The translations under genes and the position numbers were made by a program. A stretch of 64,000 bases of DNA from Antedon mediterranea (Eukaryota > Animalia > Echinodermata), in NCBI RefSeq assembly GCF_964355755.1, contig NC_092674.1, positions 4,960,001-5,024,000 on the forward strand. The letters are read 5' to 3'. Shown here piece by piece: positions 1 to 13,164 of the stretch. Numbering within the stretch: the first letter of the stretch is position 1; each line of letters opens with the position of its first letter. Below the pieces are notes generated by a model. It had not been told where the DNA came from. It worked only from the letters and a program-made list of their open reading frames with translations, and searched no databases.

Positions 1-595
1 TATTGTACGCCGTATTTTTATTACCGGTGATATTGATATGTAGTCCTAAATTAATTGCTTTGTTTGTCGACACTGATAAACCCTTGCCTGTATTCAAACA
101 AGTTTCTAAAATGTAATATCTACTACAATAAATTGAATTGTATTCGACAAAAATAGGCTTACGCATAGGCATGGCCTAACATACGGTCTTGTGCAGGCCT
201 TACTCGTCTCTGAGCAGGGCATATTGTAGCACAGAATCTAAAGATTATATATAGTGATGAGTATGCCATACATAATGAGAAATAGCATTGATATCGTGAA
301 TGTAACATATAGGCTATATGGTCACAGAAACAACCCCTTGACATTATAATGTCGTAATATGATTAAGCATTTGAAAGTCAATTCTGCTGCAACGTTTTTT
401 TTAATGTAAACGATATTAACGCATATCTCTGATATTACGATTTAGAAATAAGTGTTTACTTTATTATAATAAAAGGCTTATGTGGGCTTACTATAAGTAG
501 GAAGACATACCAGTGGTCTGATTGAATAAAGTTATACAGCGGCCAAGTATTTAATAACATGCATTCAATATGTCTGTATGAATATTATGGCATAT

Positions 596-816
596 GTAGT
601 GGAGCTGTAACTTGGTGGTTAACTTGCTTGCCTTTCAATCCCAATTTCCGGGGTTCAATCCTGACCTAGTGCCAGGGTTGTAACTCACGGCTCTTTCAAC
701 TCCACTCCCTAAGCCTCAAATGAGACTTAGTTTATAAGCACGATACATTATAAAATAGTTTATCCATCCTGTAATTGGCGAGTTTGTGCTCGCTATTGGA
801 TGTGTATGAAATAAAA
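596..816 (+). mobile_element. tRNA-headed SINE, copy 1
   Basis: A-box-like GTAACTTGGTGGTTAA and B-box-like GGGTTCAATCC. The body (ctaagcctcaaatgag...tttatccatcctgtaattggcgagtt...tatgaaa) recurs at 12718 (+) and 57892 (-). Confidence 0.75.
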
Positions 817-877
817 TTAAAATGTAATATTAGAACCGGTAATTTGAAGACATTTACTATTGCGTATCCGGATATTC

Positions 878-1345
878 ACCCCCTGGACATTTACCCCCCG
901 GAAAACTACCCCCGGACAACCACCACCTGGACCACTACCCCCTTAGGACAACTACCCCTATAGGACAACTACCCCCCGGACAAATACCCCCCCGGACAAA
1001 TACCCCCCCGGACAACTACCCCCTTAGGACAACAACCCCCTTAGGACAACTACCCCCTGGACAACTACCCCCCGGACAATTACCCCTAGGAACAATTACC
1101 CCCCGGACAATTACCCCCGGACAATTACCCCCCCCCCCCCCCCCTGGGTAATTACCCCGCGGACAACTACCTCTGACACAATACTCTCCGTAGGACAACT
1201 ACTTCCTGGACAATACTCCGAGGGCAAATAATCTTTTAGGACAACTACCTCCGTAGGACAACTAACCCCTGGACAACTATCACCCAGACAACTATCCCTG
1301 TAGAACAACTACCCCACGGACGGACAACTACCACCCAGACCAATC
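878..1345. repeat. C-rich minisatellite, unit about GGACAACTACCCCC
   Basis: Many degenerate 14-17 bp units seen directly; the opposite strand is rich in G-tracts. Confidence 0.9.
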
Positions 1346-1971
1346 AACAACCTGACTGCAACAGTGTATAATAGGAATTAATAACTATATTTTAATTCGT
1401 TACTTTGACAAATTACTATTCATTATTGTAAACAAAAGTAAAAGATTGAACATAAATATAGCCTGGTATAAACTGAAGATTGTCACACATGATCATAGGA
1501 TAGTCGAACGTATTATATAGTACTCCCTGTATTTACTGTAAAGACTGGGTTCGCTAATAATAATAATAATTTTTGCGTCAGGACAATGCTTCGATAACCA
1601 CTGGTCTTAAAAGAATTAATTTTTGTCTAAAATTTGTCATATATGTATTTTTGTACACTTGAAGAATAATATCACTTTTGATATTTGACCTCAATGTTCA
1701 CTCACCGAATAAACGGCGATCTTTAAATAAATTCCCCTCAAATAAACGGTGACCATGTCACTCCCATGAAACATCATATGGAATAATCGGCGTCTATTTC
1801 CATTAGATTATACCCCCTCCCATTGAATAAACAACTTTCTTCCAATACATGTCCACCTAAAAACTACCTAAACAATAAACAGCCCAGGCCGTTTTTTTCA
1901 ATAAATACGGTACTTTAAATCTAGCACATCTAGGGTCTAGCGTGCTGTTAAACAGAATAATCGGTTAAAAA

Positions 1972-2400
1972 CGGGTGTTTCGAAACTAGAGACCCGAAAC
2001 CAGAGACCAGAGACCCGAGACCCAATACGAAAAGGGAGACCTAAATATACGAAAAGGGAGACCCACGTACGAAAAGGGAGACCCCACTATACGAAAAGGG
2101 AGACCCCACTATACGAAAAGGGAGACCCTAATATACGAAAAGGGAGACCTAAATATACGAAAAGGGAGACCCAAATATACGAAAAGGGAGACCCAAATAT
2201 ACAAAATGGGAGACCCAAATATACGAAAAGGGAGACCCACTATAAGAAAAGGGAGACCCCACTATACGAAAAGAGAGACCACACTATACGAAAAGGGAGA
2301 CCCTAATATACGAAAAGGGAGACCCAAATATAGGTCTCCCTTTTCGTATTGGGTCTCGTGTCAGGTCTCTGGTCTCGGGTCTCTAGTTTCGAAACACCCG
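1972..2400. mobile_element. MITE with internal ~22-bp tandem array and 6-bp TSD
   Basis: TIR CGGGTGTTTCGAAACTAGAGACCCG / CGGGTCTCTAGTTTCGAAACACCCG; TAAAAA at 1966-1971 and 2401-2406; internal ATACGAAAAGGGAGACCC repeats. Confidence 0.85.
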
Positions 2401-3384
2401 TAAAAAACAGATGATTTCATTTTTACACAAACCGGTCATATATATTTGTCTACTTTTGGATTGGGTGGGGGGGGGGGGGTAGTTGACCGGGGGTAGTTGA
2501 CCGGGGGTAGTTGATCGGGGGGGGGGGTAGTTACCCGGGGTCCACTGCGTTTACTGTAAATGAAGGCTTATCTACCTTGACACACATAGACTCATTCTCT
2601 AATGATTTTACCAATATTTTAGATGTGTCCCATTTTGTGCTGGCATCAATTCCCCTTTCAGTCAAATGTTACGTAGATGCCAGTGACAAGTTAAAGGTAT
2701 TATGACCTAAGTGGCTCCTCATAGACGATTACTATCTATCTGTAGATTAAGGCATATCATTGAGTAATTCTTAGTGTAATGAACAATATGGTATTATTTG
2801 AACAATGCATATTTGAGTAAGCATGCAAATGAGAATTAAGAGGTCTGTGACCATTCGTCACATTGTTACATATAAAACAGTACCGGGTATATCATTATTA
2901 TTACATATATAAGTGTATCATTATTCCTCCATGATCATAGAGATACCAGACCTACTTTGTTCACTTGAGTAATTATAACAACATTAATTATGAAGCCCTC
3001 CTATTAACGTATTTTTATGCTGGTCTATTTGGTGGTCTTCTTCACAAGATATGGCCTCTAGAATAGGTCATTAATTGAAAATTTCACTTTGTAATGTTGA
3101 CGTACTATAATTATGATTCGTATATATTTTGTAATTTTCAACAGACCCGTAACAATGGGATGCCATGGAGACAGAAATATGTTGTTATTACATTATCTCA
3201 TGTTCAAACGACCACTTTAAACTGTCATATACCAGGATATTCTTATAAGTAAATACATTTTTAAAACAGCTATTTATTTATGGTAAATGACGTTTCAGCT
3301 TAAATATAAGGGTAGAGCGTGCCACGATAATGTCTGCATGATTAACATAAATATAGGCCTACCATGCATGGTTCATGGCACCAT

Positions 3385-3606
3385 ATTGGTTCCTCCGTCG
3401 TATACCATTTGACTATGTCCCCACCCAGGTGTATAAATGGGAAACCGGTTAGATCATGACACAAACCCGCTGCGCTGATTACTAGCTGCATTATGGGAGT
3501 ATGTTTCCATACGTGTTTTATCCAAAATCACTGGGGTAATATATGCTTAGCGCTTAGAGGTTTCACAACATTAGACTCTATATAAATCCAGGATATTATT
3601 ATATTA
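3385..3606 (+). mobile_element. degenerate SINE fragment (Deu/Nin-like core, L2-like tail)
   Basis: CCACCCAGGTGTATAAATGGG core, then AGCGCTTAGAG...TATATAAAT and an ATT tail. Confidence 0.45.
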
Positions 3607-4962
3607 TGTAATGAGAGGGAAATAACAGTGACAATTTACGGAAATTTAAAAGCAACAAGAACGCAACGTAAAAACAAATGTTGACGGATTTAATCAGATT
3701 CTAATTCTATGGTGTAACCCCACGGTTCCCTGATTGTATTCATTTATGGTGACCGCTTGTGTTTATTGACTGATCATTCAAGCATGACGTCAACAAAACA
3801 ACATTTTAAATACTATTAGTAATTGTGGATAACAACGGAAGTTACCTGTCTAATTCCCCTGGGTGACGTTCACTCTCTTCCTCACCAGTGGCGTCCTCTT
3901 GGTTGTCTCCATCTTCACCGGTGACGTATGATTTAAAGAGATAAAGACCAACATAAAGTGGTGAAAACATAATTATGTTTTCGATATACCACCGCAATGT
4001 GCCTCAACATTTATTCCGTACTGGTCATCAGGTGGTCACTCACTCATAGGCTACTACTGAAATCCAAAATAATAAATAATCTATCAATACCTTACAAAGG
4101 AACGTCACCTAAATATTTACAGATAATATTGAAGCATACGAACCGGTTTCAGATTAGATCATATCCTGGAATCGCTTGTTGCACATACCGCCTACTCTAT
4201 GTTCTATCTCTTATTCTGGGCCTTCCGAATACCATAAATTATGTCAACTTTGACTTTCAACATTTATATGTCAACAGGATTTCAATCGCTAGCCTGGCTT
4301 CTGGTAGTAGCCGAGCTAGCTTTAGATCCGTCAGTCAGTCAGTAGGCTATTCGCGTTGTACGCATCATTCGTTCGTTCAATATCAAATAATTCGATCCGA
4401 TTGTAGTGTCAAATAATCACCGATGTCTAATGCTGAACGATTATTATTCTGCTACGAAGCGTGACGTCACGTTGGTCGATGAAATTGGCAGTAGTTTTCA
4501 TGGAAGAGTGGATTGGTTGAATGGTGTTTTCATTACAAAAGAATGATGACCTACAGTAAAAGAACACATTATGAATGCTGTTCATAATAATTAGATTGTT
4601 TCCGTCCACTGCAGGTGGGCGTTGCCACAGTGACATGAAGGTGTGCGAAACATTACGAACTGTTTATGGCCCATCACCGTAGACTTATTATATATGTATC
4701 AAGTCATGTTTGTTCACAACAAGCTGAAATGTTTTGCTTTTTGTTAAATGTCAACCTCAAATTAAACCCATTTGTTAAATTTTCAAAATTGATGAAACTC
4801 AATGCTAGTTATACTAATAAAGTGATGTACTTTAAAAGTGTTATAATTGTATCGTGTAGGAAATATTGGTGCATTGGGAATTAAACTCAGAGGTGGCGCC
4901 CTGCACCAACGACACGACACACTGCACACACTTATTTTTTCAAACTAGTTTGATAGTGTAAA

Positions 4963-5117
4963 AGCTCTGTCTACACTATCAAACTTTATGTGACAACAAA
5001 TGTGATGTGCCCATATATGGACATGATGATGACATATCACTACCATATTTGGGAATATCAATACCATAATTATTTGGGCACATTTTGTCAAAATAGTTTG
5101 ATATTGTAGAAAAAGCT
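4963..5117. mobile_element. small MITE
   Basis: Imperfect TIR AGCTCTGTCTACACTATCAAACT / AGTTTGATATTGTAGAAAAAGCT. Confidence 0.5.
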
Positions 5118-5503
5118 TAATGAAACAGAATCACAATATTTGCAATATTATTATTTTTTTTTTTATTTGATAATTAGAATCCATCAAACCTTAATGTATA
5201 TTTACAATATTATTGGCAAAATATATATTTACAATATTTCTATATTAGAATTTACAATATACTTTAATATATCAGTATTTAAAATAAAAGAACCGGGGAC
5301 TTATTACTAGGGAAATACATTAAGCGAATCTTTGGAATATTTTTTTAGCGTTTCGTATTAATTTGCAATACTGTGCACTCAAATTATAGAAGTTCCCATT
5401 TGAAATCAATGAAGGTTTATTATACGAAAAAAAATATATATGCTGGCTTGTTGGATTTAGGCCTAAAATTAGTGCTAATCGTTATCAGTATTTCTGTTTT
5501 TCA

Positions 5504-8500
5504 CTATAAATTACACGATTTCTGTTGGGTACAAACTGTTCGGATTGGTGAAGTTGTTTGTCCATATTTCTGATTTAAAAGCGTCGTCATTTTAACAAGA
5601 CTGAATGAGATAAAAATGAACACGCCTTGCAAGCTGTTTAGAATGACAAAGATGTACCACAAAACAGGATGATCAAAGAACGCAGTGAGACATCCGACGA
5701 TCCATGTCAAGCCCATGATACAACATATCTAACAATGAATACAATTTGAATAAATAAATAAATAAAAATGAATACAATGGAAAGGAATCATAATTTATGT
5801 ATTTATTTGATTTGTTCAAGTTTCTTTTACAATGGTATAGATGACTTCAAGAGGCCCTCTTAAAAATACTACAAACATATACAGACGGCATTCAAACAAC
5901 GATACAAGAGGATTCAAAAGTGTAGATTCTCAAACATATCGAGAGGTGGCGCTTTTAAATAGCGTCAGAACAAAGTGACTCGAGTATTTAGTTGGAAATT
6001 TAAATTTAATCATTCAAAAATAAGTAATTTTTACCTTGGCATAAATGTTAACGTTTGATATTCCATCTCTTAATTTAGAGCTTTTTCTGATCTTTCTTGA
6101 TTTTTTCTTCGATTTTTCAATTCCGTGAACTATGACAACAAATAGCAAGGCGTTGACTGCGAATATCGTCCCACTTGGGATACCAAAAAGTATCAACGCT
6201 GCAAACTCATCACGAATCCAACAGACAGTATCGTCACCGTATGAAAACTGTATTGGTACGCCATCAAAGAAGTGTGTAATCACAAGAATTAAGACGAAGA
6301 CAAGAGGAATAATCCAGCAACACAGTAAATGCATTGTTATAGGTTGTTTTCTTTTACGAAATTTTATCGATGATTTAAATGAATGGAATGATTTGAAAAG
6401 AGATAGTGACATCACGAACATGCACATAAAAGAGACAAGCCAGAGATAGTGAAGAAGGCATGCAACAATGGTACATATGAGATGACACTGAACGAACGTT
6501 CCTGCAAATAAAGTCCCAAATTGAGCAAGAAATAATGAAATAGAAATGTTCAAAACAATTTTACTTGAATTTGTGCGCAACGATTTGCCGATGCAACTCA
6601 GTGCGCATGTCAGAAATAAACAACAGAGTGATAAAGATACGCCAACCAAGTTGATTATTTGAAGTGTTTCTTCGTAAATGAAGATAACCGTCGTTGTCAG
6701 TGCAGTTCCATTTTGGAAGAGAAATGAACAAACAAAAACGGTATCGTTTGAAACCTGTATTAATTCGTCATATGAAAACTTATCACCAGTTTCGATATAT
6801 ATCCAAGTATTGTTTTCTGTGATATGGAATTCGTTAATACTCAATGCAACGACTGGACAAGATGGAGGATGTGGCGTTTGTGTTATGCAGTCTGTTATCT
6901 CTACTCTTCCAATTGTTGTTTTATTTTTCATATTAAACTTCATCTTAATTCTGTAACTGTAATCTGTTATGGTGAAATTATCAAGTCCATCAGTAACTTC
7001 TATCGATTCAGTTTGATATAATATATCTATGGTGTTTACATCCAACCCTTTCGTGATACACCCTCTATCGACTGGTAATGTACCATTACTTGAGCAAGTC
7101 TGTATCATCGTTAAGTTTTCTAACAGAAGTTCTTCAGTATTCTGGTGAATTGTTATTATAACTTCACCAAGAAGATTGCATGCTGATGTCTTAATGACAA
7201 ATACAACGTCCAGTGTACCAAGATAATGAATATCAACCATTGATGTATTGTATTTCTTTACCAATGACGTCATCTGAAGCAACAAACTGCTTATCGTGGA
7301 TTCATTAACAACTCTGTAGCGTACTTCAACAATATTCGGACTACTGCACATACAAAAGAGTTCTGAAAGTTGCTCAGGCGTTGTTGCAATTGGGACATCT
7401 TTTAAAGGCGCCATTCTGTAGATGCATCCGTTCTCTGTAAGAACTTTTCCTTGTTCGCAAAAAGTATTAATACATACTTCTTTAAAGGGATTAAAAACTC
7501 GACCTGATCCGCAGTCAATTCCTTTAGTGGTTGTTCTCTTTGTTGGCGTCTCCACGCTAAGATCTCCACTAGAAAAGTCAATTAGGATACTGATTGGTAC
7601 AATTCTGCCCGAGATTATGATATCAGGTGAAAACGCGGGGACCGGTTCTTCCATTATAGAATCTTCCATCATATAGTCTATAGATATAGATGTCAAATGT
7701 CCACTATCATCAGACATATCTACTTTTTGACGTGGCCCCTTTTTGTCGACTAGACACATGTAATCCGTTTCGTCGTGGCAACGCGCACAATGTGGATTCG
7801 CGTATTTGTGAGAATTTACGTATACAGCAGCGGCGTAACTTTTGCAGAGATTTGCGGTATTTTGTTCAGGAAAGTATGGAGGGCAATGTTTAATCCCAGA
7901 AGAACATCGTCTTTTATAGCTACCACCGGTAGGGTTATATTCATAGGTACATTCAGTATCATCAATTTGGGAAAGAATACTGTGTGTTGATGGGTTTACA
8001 TGAGAAAAAGATGTTTTTATTTTATTTCTGCAATTTGCGGTTATCTGCCATGCCATGACGTTAGAAATGGAAACACCATTACAAAGGGCACAAAACACAT
8101 TTAAATAAGTTAAATTATGCTTATCACTAACAGGAATCGTAAATAGAAGATCGTCTAGATCTGGTTTCTCGCAATTCGACAGAAGATCTTTATCAACTGT
8201 TTCTGGTGAACACTTTGAAATTACGAGAAAATTATCGCTGCTTTGATCATCCAGGCATATAGTACTGTCCAATAGCGATGGCGTAACATTTGGAAGATTG
8301 TTGTTCTGGCAACTTTTCCAGTAATCATAACAGCAATCGCCATACAGTTCACAATTTGAGTCGCAGTGACACAAGCCTCGTTTTTTCAGAGAACCACATT
8401 CATTTTGACAAGATTCATGGTTACTACAGACTTCATCAATCAGATACATACCTTTAGAAAAAAATAAAAGAAGAGAAATTCAATAAAAATAACTCATAAC

Positions 8501-9098
8501 TATAAAGCAGTTCATTCAAGTACTTTAAGCTGCATTTGAGTTTAGGAAACTTTAATATTTAAGGTTTGTTTTAAGGTTTAGAACATACTGCGTTTAACAT
8601 TTTTAAAGAAAGTACATTTTCAGGTTATTAAAAGTTCATTTTTACATATTTTATTCAACAATTACATGGATCTTAACAAGGCATTTTAGTAGTTGTGCAA
8701 CCATGTACACAAAAGACAAACGTGTAAGATGTACAAACACATAAAAGAAACAAATGTGGGTTTCATAAGTCTACAATTTTAATGACAATTTCAGTCCCAA
8801 AAAGTAGCCGAGAGAATGGTTTATCAAACATGTGATTATCTACATTCAGGTGTAGTACCAACAGTGTTCTATAGTTTTATGGAGTTTAATGTATAACTAT
8901 CATTGAAAAATGTCACATTTCCTTATAATAACATTATGTACAATATTGTACGGGAATAAAATAATTTGTTAAAACCCGGCTTAACCTCGCCCCGTACTTA
9001 CCAGAACCAGGTTCCAAGGTATGCATATCGGAACCATAGCCCAACTTGAGAGCCTGAATAAACATTAACATCAAACTAACCACAACCATTGACGTCAT
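5504..9098 (-). CDS. Somatomedin-B-domain, Cys-rich family-B/adhesion-like 7TM receptor; coding exons 9098-9002, 8451-6035, 5728-5504 (about 912 aa)
   Basis: Signal peptide MTSMVVVSLMLMFIQALKLGYG; GT-AG introns with matching phases (1, 0); SMB motif CHCDSNCELYGDCCYDY; 7tm_2 motifs LHYLWLVSF, CWI, MGLTW, NSLQGVFIF. Probable non-coding exon ends at 9908 (GTGAGT donor). Confidence 0.9.
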
Positions 9099-9219
9099 CG
9101 TTCACTTTCCTGACAATATAATGAAGATGTTATCATCACTTTATCGGTGACAATAACAAGCAGGTTAAATGACTTATCTAAAAGTTGAATGTGAATCTTC
9201 CCGTATTTGGCATCTATTG

Positions 9220-9520
9220 ACACAAGCGGTTAAGACAGTGGAACAGTAATTATACCTAGCCATGACATCGGCAGGGGTTCGAGCCTCACTCGCTTCATAG
9301 TTCTGGTGGTAGAACGAGTCTTCTCGGATAATGACTAGAAACCCGTAGGTTCAGTGTACACATCTGGCTCGTGTGTCTTTAAAGTACCTAGTATTCTTTC
9401 GAGACGAGTAGGGGGTTACCCCGGTGTACTAGTTCACACACCGGCACTGTCGCAAATAACTCCTCATGCGGACCCTTCATTGTCAGCATATGCTGTTTAA
9501 GGTAACCCTCGAAATAAATA
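9220..9520 (+). mobile_element. degenerate tRNA-derived SINE (V/Meta-like core)
   Basis: AGCGGTTAAGAC...GGGTTCGAGCC Pol III boxes followed by GTCTTCTCGGATAATGACTAGAAACCCGTAGG. Confidence 0.45.
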
Positions 9521-10635
9521 CAGTTACATAAACATATTTTTTTTCAAAAACATCCCACTCCAATAATTAGCTTTGTCAAATGGTAACTATTCATCAAAAT
9601 TGTTCTGGGGTTCACATACTAACTAAAATTAACGGGTCGAAGAAACAACTTACTATATATATGGCTAATTTTTTTTTCTTAACTATTGCTATGTATATAA
9701 TATTTCAGAAAATGAACGTATTGCGCCGGGAATACATTCGTTTTAGACAGAGAAGGGTGAGGTTACTATCTCTTGTTTCAATGAGTTTATCCACACATAA
9801 TGCACTATTTTTCTAATATAAATCCCTTTTTTATTGATTAAATCAATTTCTTAATTTCTCCACAATAAAGGTAGTTATTTAATAATGTTAATATAGTATT
9901 TACTCACCTTACACACGTCACGTGGTGGTAATCGGCTGTCTGTTAGAGAACGTTGTCAGTAAATAACTACAGGCTATGCACGTGAAAATATAGAAAAAGG
10001 GGAATAGGAACAATTAAGTTTGTGACGAAATATTATTTCCGATATGTATCGGTACCATTCTATCGATTATTATTATTTCCTGTTTAAGCACGAAAGGTCA
10101 CGCCGGAAGGAAAGCAATACTAAATAGAAAGCCAACGACAATATCTTAACTAAAACCAATATTAAGTTAGTATAAAATGGAATCGTTAGATTTGTTTTAT
10201 TACATAATGGACATGACGCCAGAAAAAATTTAAAAATGGCGTTCGAAAAGTAATTGTAATATTCTAGTCAGATAGGCGTATAAGCTACCATTGGTTTTGG
10301 GTGGATCCCATGTGCCGATCTACAACCAGACGGTATCACAAAGCTTCAATATAGTCAGAAAGGCGTATATAATGTTGGCTTTGTTATTGGGCGTATACCT
10401 TGCCTGCGTACTATTGTGCGCAAGTTACAATGGCTACCAGGCGGCATCACAAAGAACATAATACACGTGATGCTTTGTTTTAAGGTTGTTCTTTTTTTTC
10501 TGCTGCCGAGCATAGAAACAGCGCTCATACAACAATATACACGGCGAGCCGTAGTGTATTGTTTAAACGTGAATAGATTCCGCGTACATTCAAATTTAAA
10601 TGTACACACCCTTTTTAATAACAATGGCAAGCGTC

Positions 10636-10641
10636 TATAAA
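10636..10641 (+). promoter_or_regulatory. TATA box of the 10708 gene
   Basis: TATAAA about 70 nt before the ATG; the paralog at 17012 has a similarly placed TATATAA. Confidence 0.5.
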
Positions 10642-10707
10642 GCAACTCAGAAATTCCATCAAACTACCACTTTAAACTCACTGCACTAAGAGACACGACG
10701 TATAGAT

Positions 10708-11112
10708 ATGGCTTGTGTAATATTTCCTGATCTTAAAACCGTACAGTTAAGAAGTCCTCTAGCTTTTCATGAACTGGTTGTAGCCGCTTTACTTGATTGT
10801 CCAGATAACACTGGTAATTCTCTTGATGTTCTTCACATTATCTGTCGAATTTGCTCGGTAGCATGTCGATTGACGTACATACAGGATATTCGTCAGATTT
10901 TCAACGAATATGAATTCATTGAGAACGTTGGAAAGAATCGCTATCATCTGATGGACGGTTGGAAAAGTAATTTGCCATTTGTCATCGTTGTGAATGGCAT
11001 GGAATTTAACGTTTGCGCCAGCACTTACAACGAATGGGTGAATTATCTACATGAAATATCTGAGACATCAGTCATTGTGTCCACTACGTCATTAAGGACT
11101 TGCAGGGATTGA
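10708..11112 (+). CDS. intronless orphan gene, divergent forkhead/winged-helix-like (copy 1)
   Basis: 134 aa, clearly paralogous to 17012/21315-21764 (PLAFHELVVA~PLSFNELIVA; RYHLMDGWK~KYRLRDGWK; TYNEWVNYLH~TYNEWMRYLH). The forkhead resemblance is inference. Confidence 0.6.
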   Translation: MACVIFPDLKTVQLRSPLAFHELVVAALLDCPDNTGNSLDVLHIICRICSVACRLTYIQDIRQIFNEYEFIENVGKNRYHLMDGWKSNLPFVIVVNGMEFNVCASTYNEWVNYLHEISETSVIVSTTSLRTCRD

Positions 11113-12717
11113 TGTAAGAACACACCACATAGACTTTGAGCTTGTACATACTGGACGTAAAGGAAATGAGCGTACAATATGGGAATACAAATATCAAGAA
11201 CAAACTCCTGAGAACAATCTAAAACAATATGGCAATGGAGAACGATATGTACCTATAATATGATATACTAATACGCAGAAGAAGTATGAAAACAGTTTAA
11301 TCAAAAGCAGTTGTTGATGAATACATCAATTTTACTTGTTGTATGTTTTCATTGCTTTATGTTTTAAAATAATATACATATAAACAAACATAGAAATATT
11401 ATTCTTTTTGTTGTGTTAATTTTATGTAAAACATGTTGCGATATTTCCATTATATACTGTATAACAAATGGTTATTAGTAAAAGTAATTTTTAGTGTCAA
11501 TTATTGTACTTATCGTCAGCCATAATAAAAATGATGTATAGTTAATAATGAAATAGTTTATGTTTTTTACCTGTGTATAAATTTTATGTGGAAAAATTAC
11601 GATATAATAAAATTGTTTCTAAATTCACACAATAAGGCTGCTCAACCGATCGCACTAGATAATATAATAATTTTAATAAGATGAAATGTATTATAGAATA
11701 TGACACCAGGAAACTATAGAAATTTTGTTCGCAAAAGTTTCGATGTAGGCCTACAGTATGTCGGGTATATATATGAGGCGTACATTAACTGTTTGCATTC
11801 CGATGTTGGGTGGATCAGAATCTTACACGCCAATTTGCTCAAAACAATGGATACATACAATAGTTACCAAATAAACACCAAGTCCAACAAAAGATAAGTT
11901 TCAATCAATCACCCACCGGGCGCGGGCGCTCATTCGTATGAGCATTGAGCCTAAAACAGAATAGATATACAGAGACTTCAGAATAAGCATACAACATTTT
12001 ATGGCATATACAATTTTATTGGAAAAAAAGGAACATTCTAAACGTGTAACCTGCATGTGATTGTGGATATGTATAATTAAAGTTAGATGGGGATTTTATT
12101 TTTCTAATATCACGTACATGGATGCTCAGGAAAAAGCCCGTCTTGTTATAGTTCATGTGATATCATTTTAGGTGGGCGGAAATTGGGGGGAAGATTAGAA
12201 ATATTTTTCGAATGATTATTGGAGACGTGAGAGCAGCGTGGTCCAAGAGGATTGTACCACGCCTTCTCAGTTCTCAAAATAGAAACTTGGTAAACTTTGT
12301 TTTCACACAATTCCTGCTTATAATATATAAAACAATTTACAAACATTTATATTCTCAACACGACTGAGATACCATGAAAAATCCGGGTTCGTTTGTGGAC
12401 GATGTAACCCATAAGAATTCTTGGTAAAGTCGATTTTTAGAATCAGTGACAAAATACACTTATAATACAATTCTTTGCACTGTGGTCATAGAGAGTACAT
12501 ACTACTTGTTGAAACTAAAATTTTAAATGTTAAAATACTACTAAAATGTTGTGCTTAACACAGAGAAAAACCCCACAAATTTATTAATAATCCAAAAGAT
12601 TTTTATATATAAAAATTATATATATGAACGTAATGTATTGAATTTATTCAAAATCAATAAAAACTATGAAATAACAATATACTTCAAAATCGAGATTATT
12701 TTGAAGTATATTATGAT

Positions 12718-12935
12718 TGTAGTGCTTGGTGGTGGTCAACGTGCTTTCCGCCTTCCAATCCCATGGTCCAGGATTCAATCCTGACCTAGTAGTCCTACCA
12801 GGATTGTAACTCACGGACTCTTTAAACTCCCTAAGCCTCAAATGAGTAGTTTATAAGCACGACAAATTATTAAATAGTTTATTTATCCATCCTGTAATTG
12901 GCGAGTTACTGGCTGTTGGATGCGTATGAAAAAAA
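12718..12935 (+). mobile_element. tRNA-headed SINE, copy 2
   Basis: Aligns by eye with 596-816. Confidence 0.75.
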
Positions 12936-13164
12936 TATATATTACTACACCTCTCTGATGGTCACACGTAACGGGCGGCGGCGTCACACGTAACGGTTGC
13001 GCGTTGTTGCCATGGACGCCTTGTACGCGCTTCGATGTTACTACGATACAGAACGCAATTGCCATATCAACGAATCATAACAGAAACGCTCAGAAAACTA
13101 TTGGAAACCTTTCAGGAAAGTTGTATTATTTTAATATCTCGTACTGTTTCTATATTAATTACAA

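Noticed and set aside
596-670. tRNA gene
   Set aside because: Pol III boxes without a convincing cloverleaf, attached to a repeated SINE body.
2030-2340. Regular repeats as a CRISPR-like array
   Set aside because: No unique spacers and no cas genes; it is a minisatellite inside a MITE in eukaryotic DNA.
878-2540. C-rich array (878-1345) and opposite-sense G-rich array (2463-2540) as the two ends of one element
   Set aside because: The outer termini do not form a matching TIR and no TSD was found.
159-4060. Possible minus-strand exons near 3846-3990, 2575-2740 and 163-344
   Set aside because: Splice-like sites exist, but there is no phase-consistent open chain or recognisable protein.
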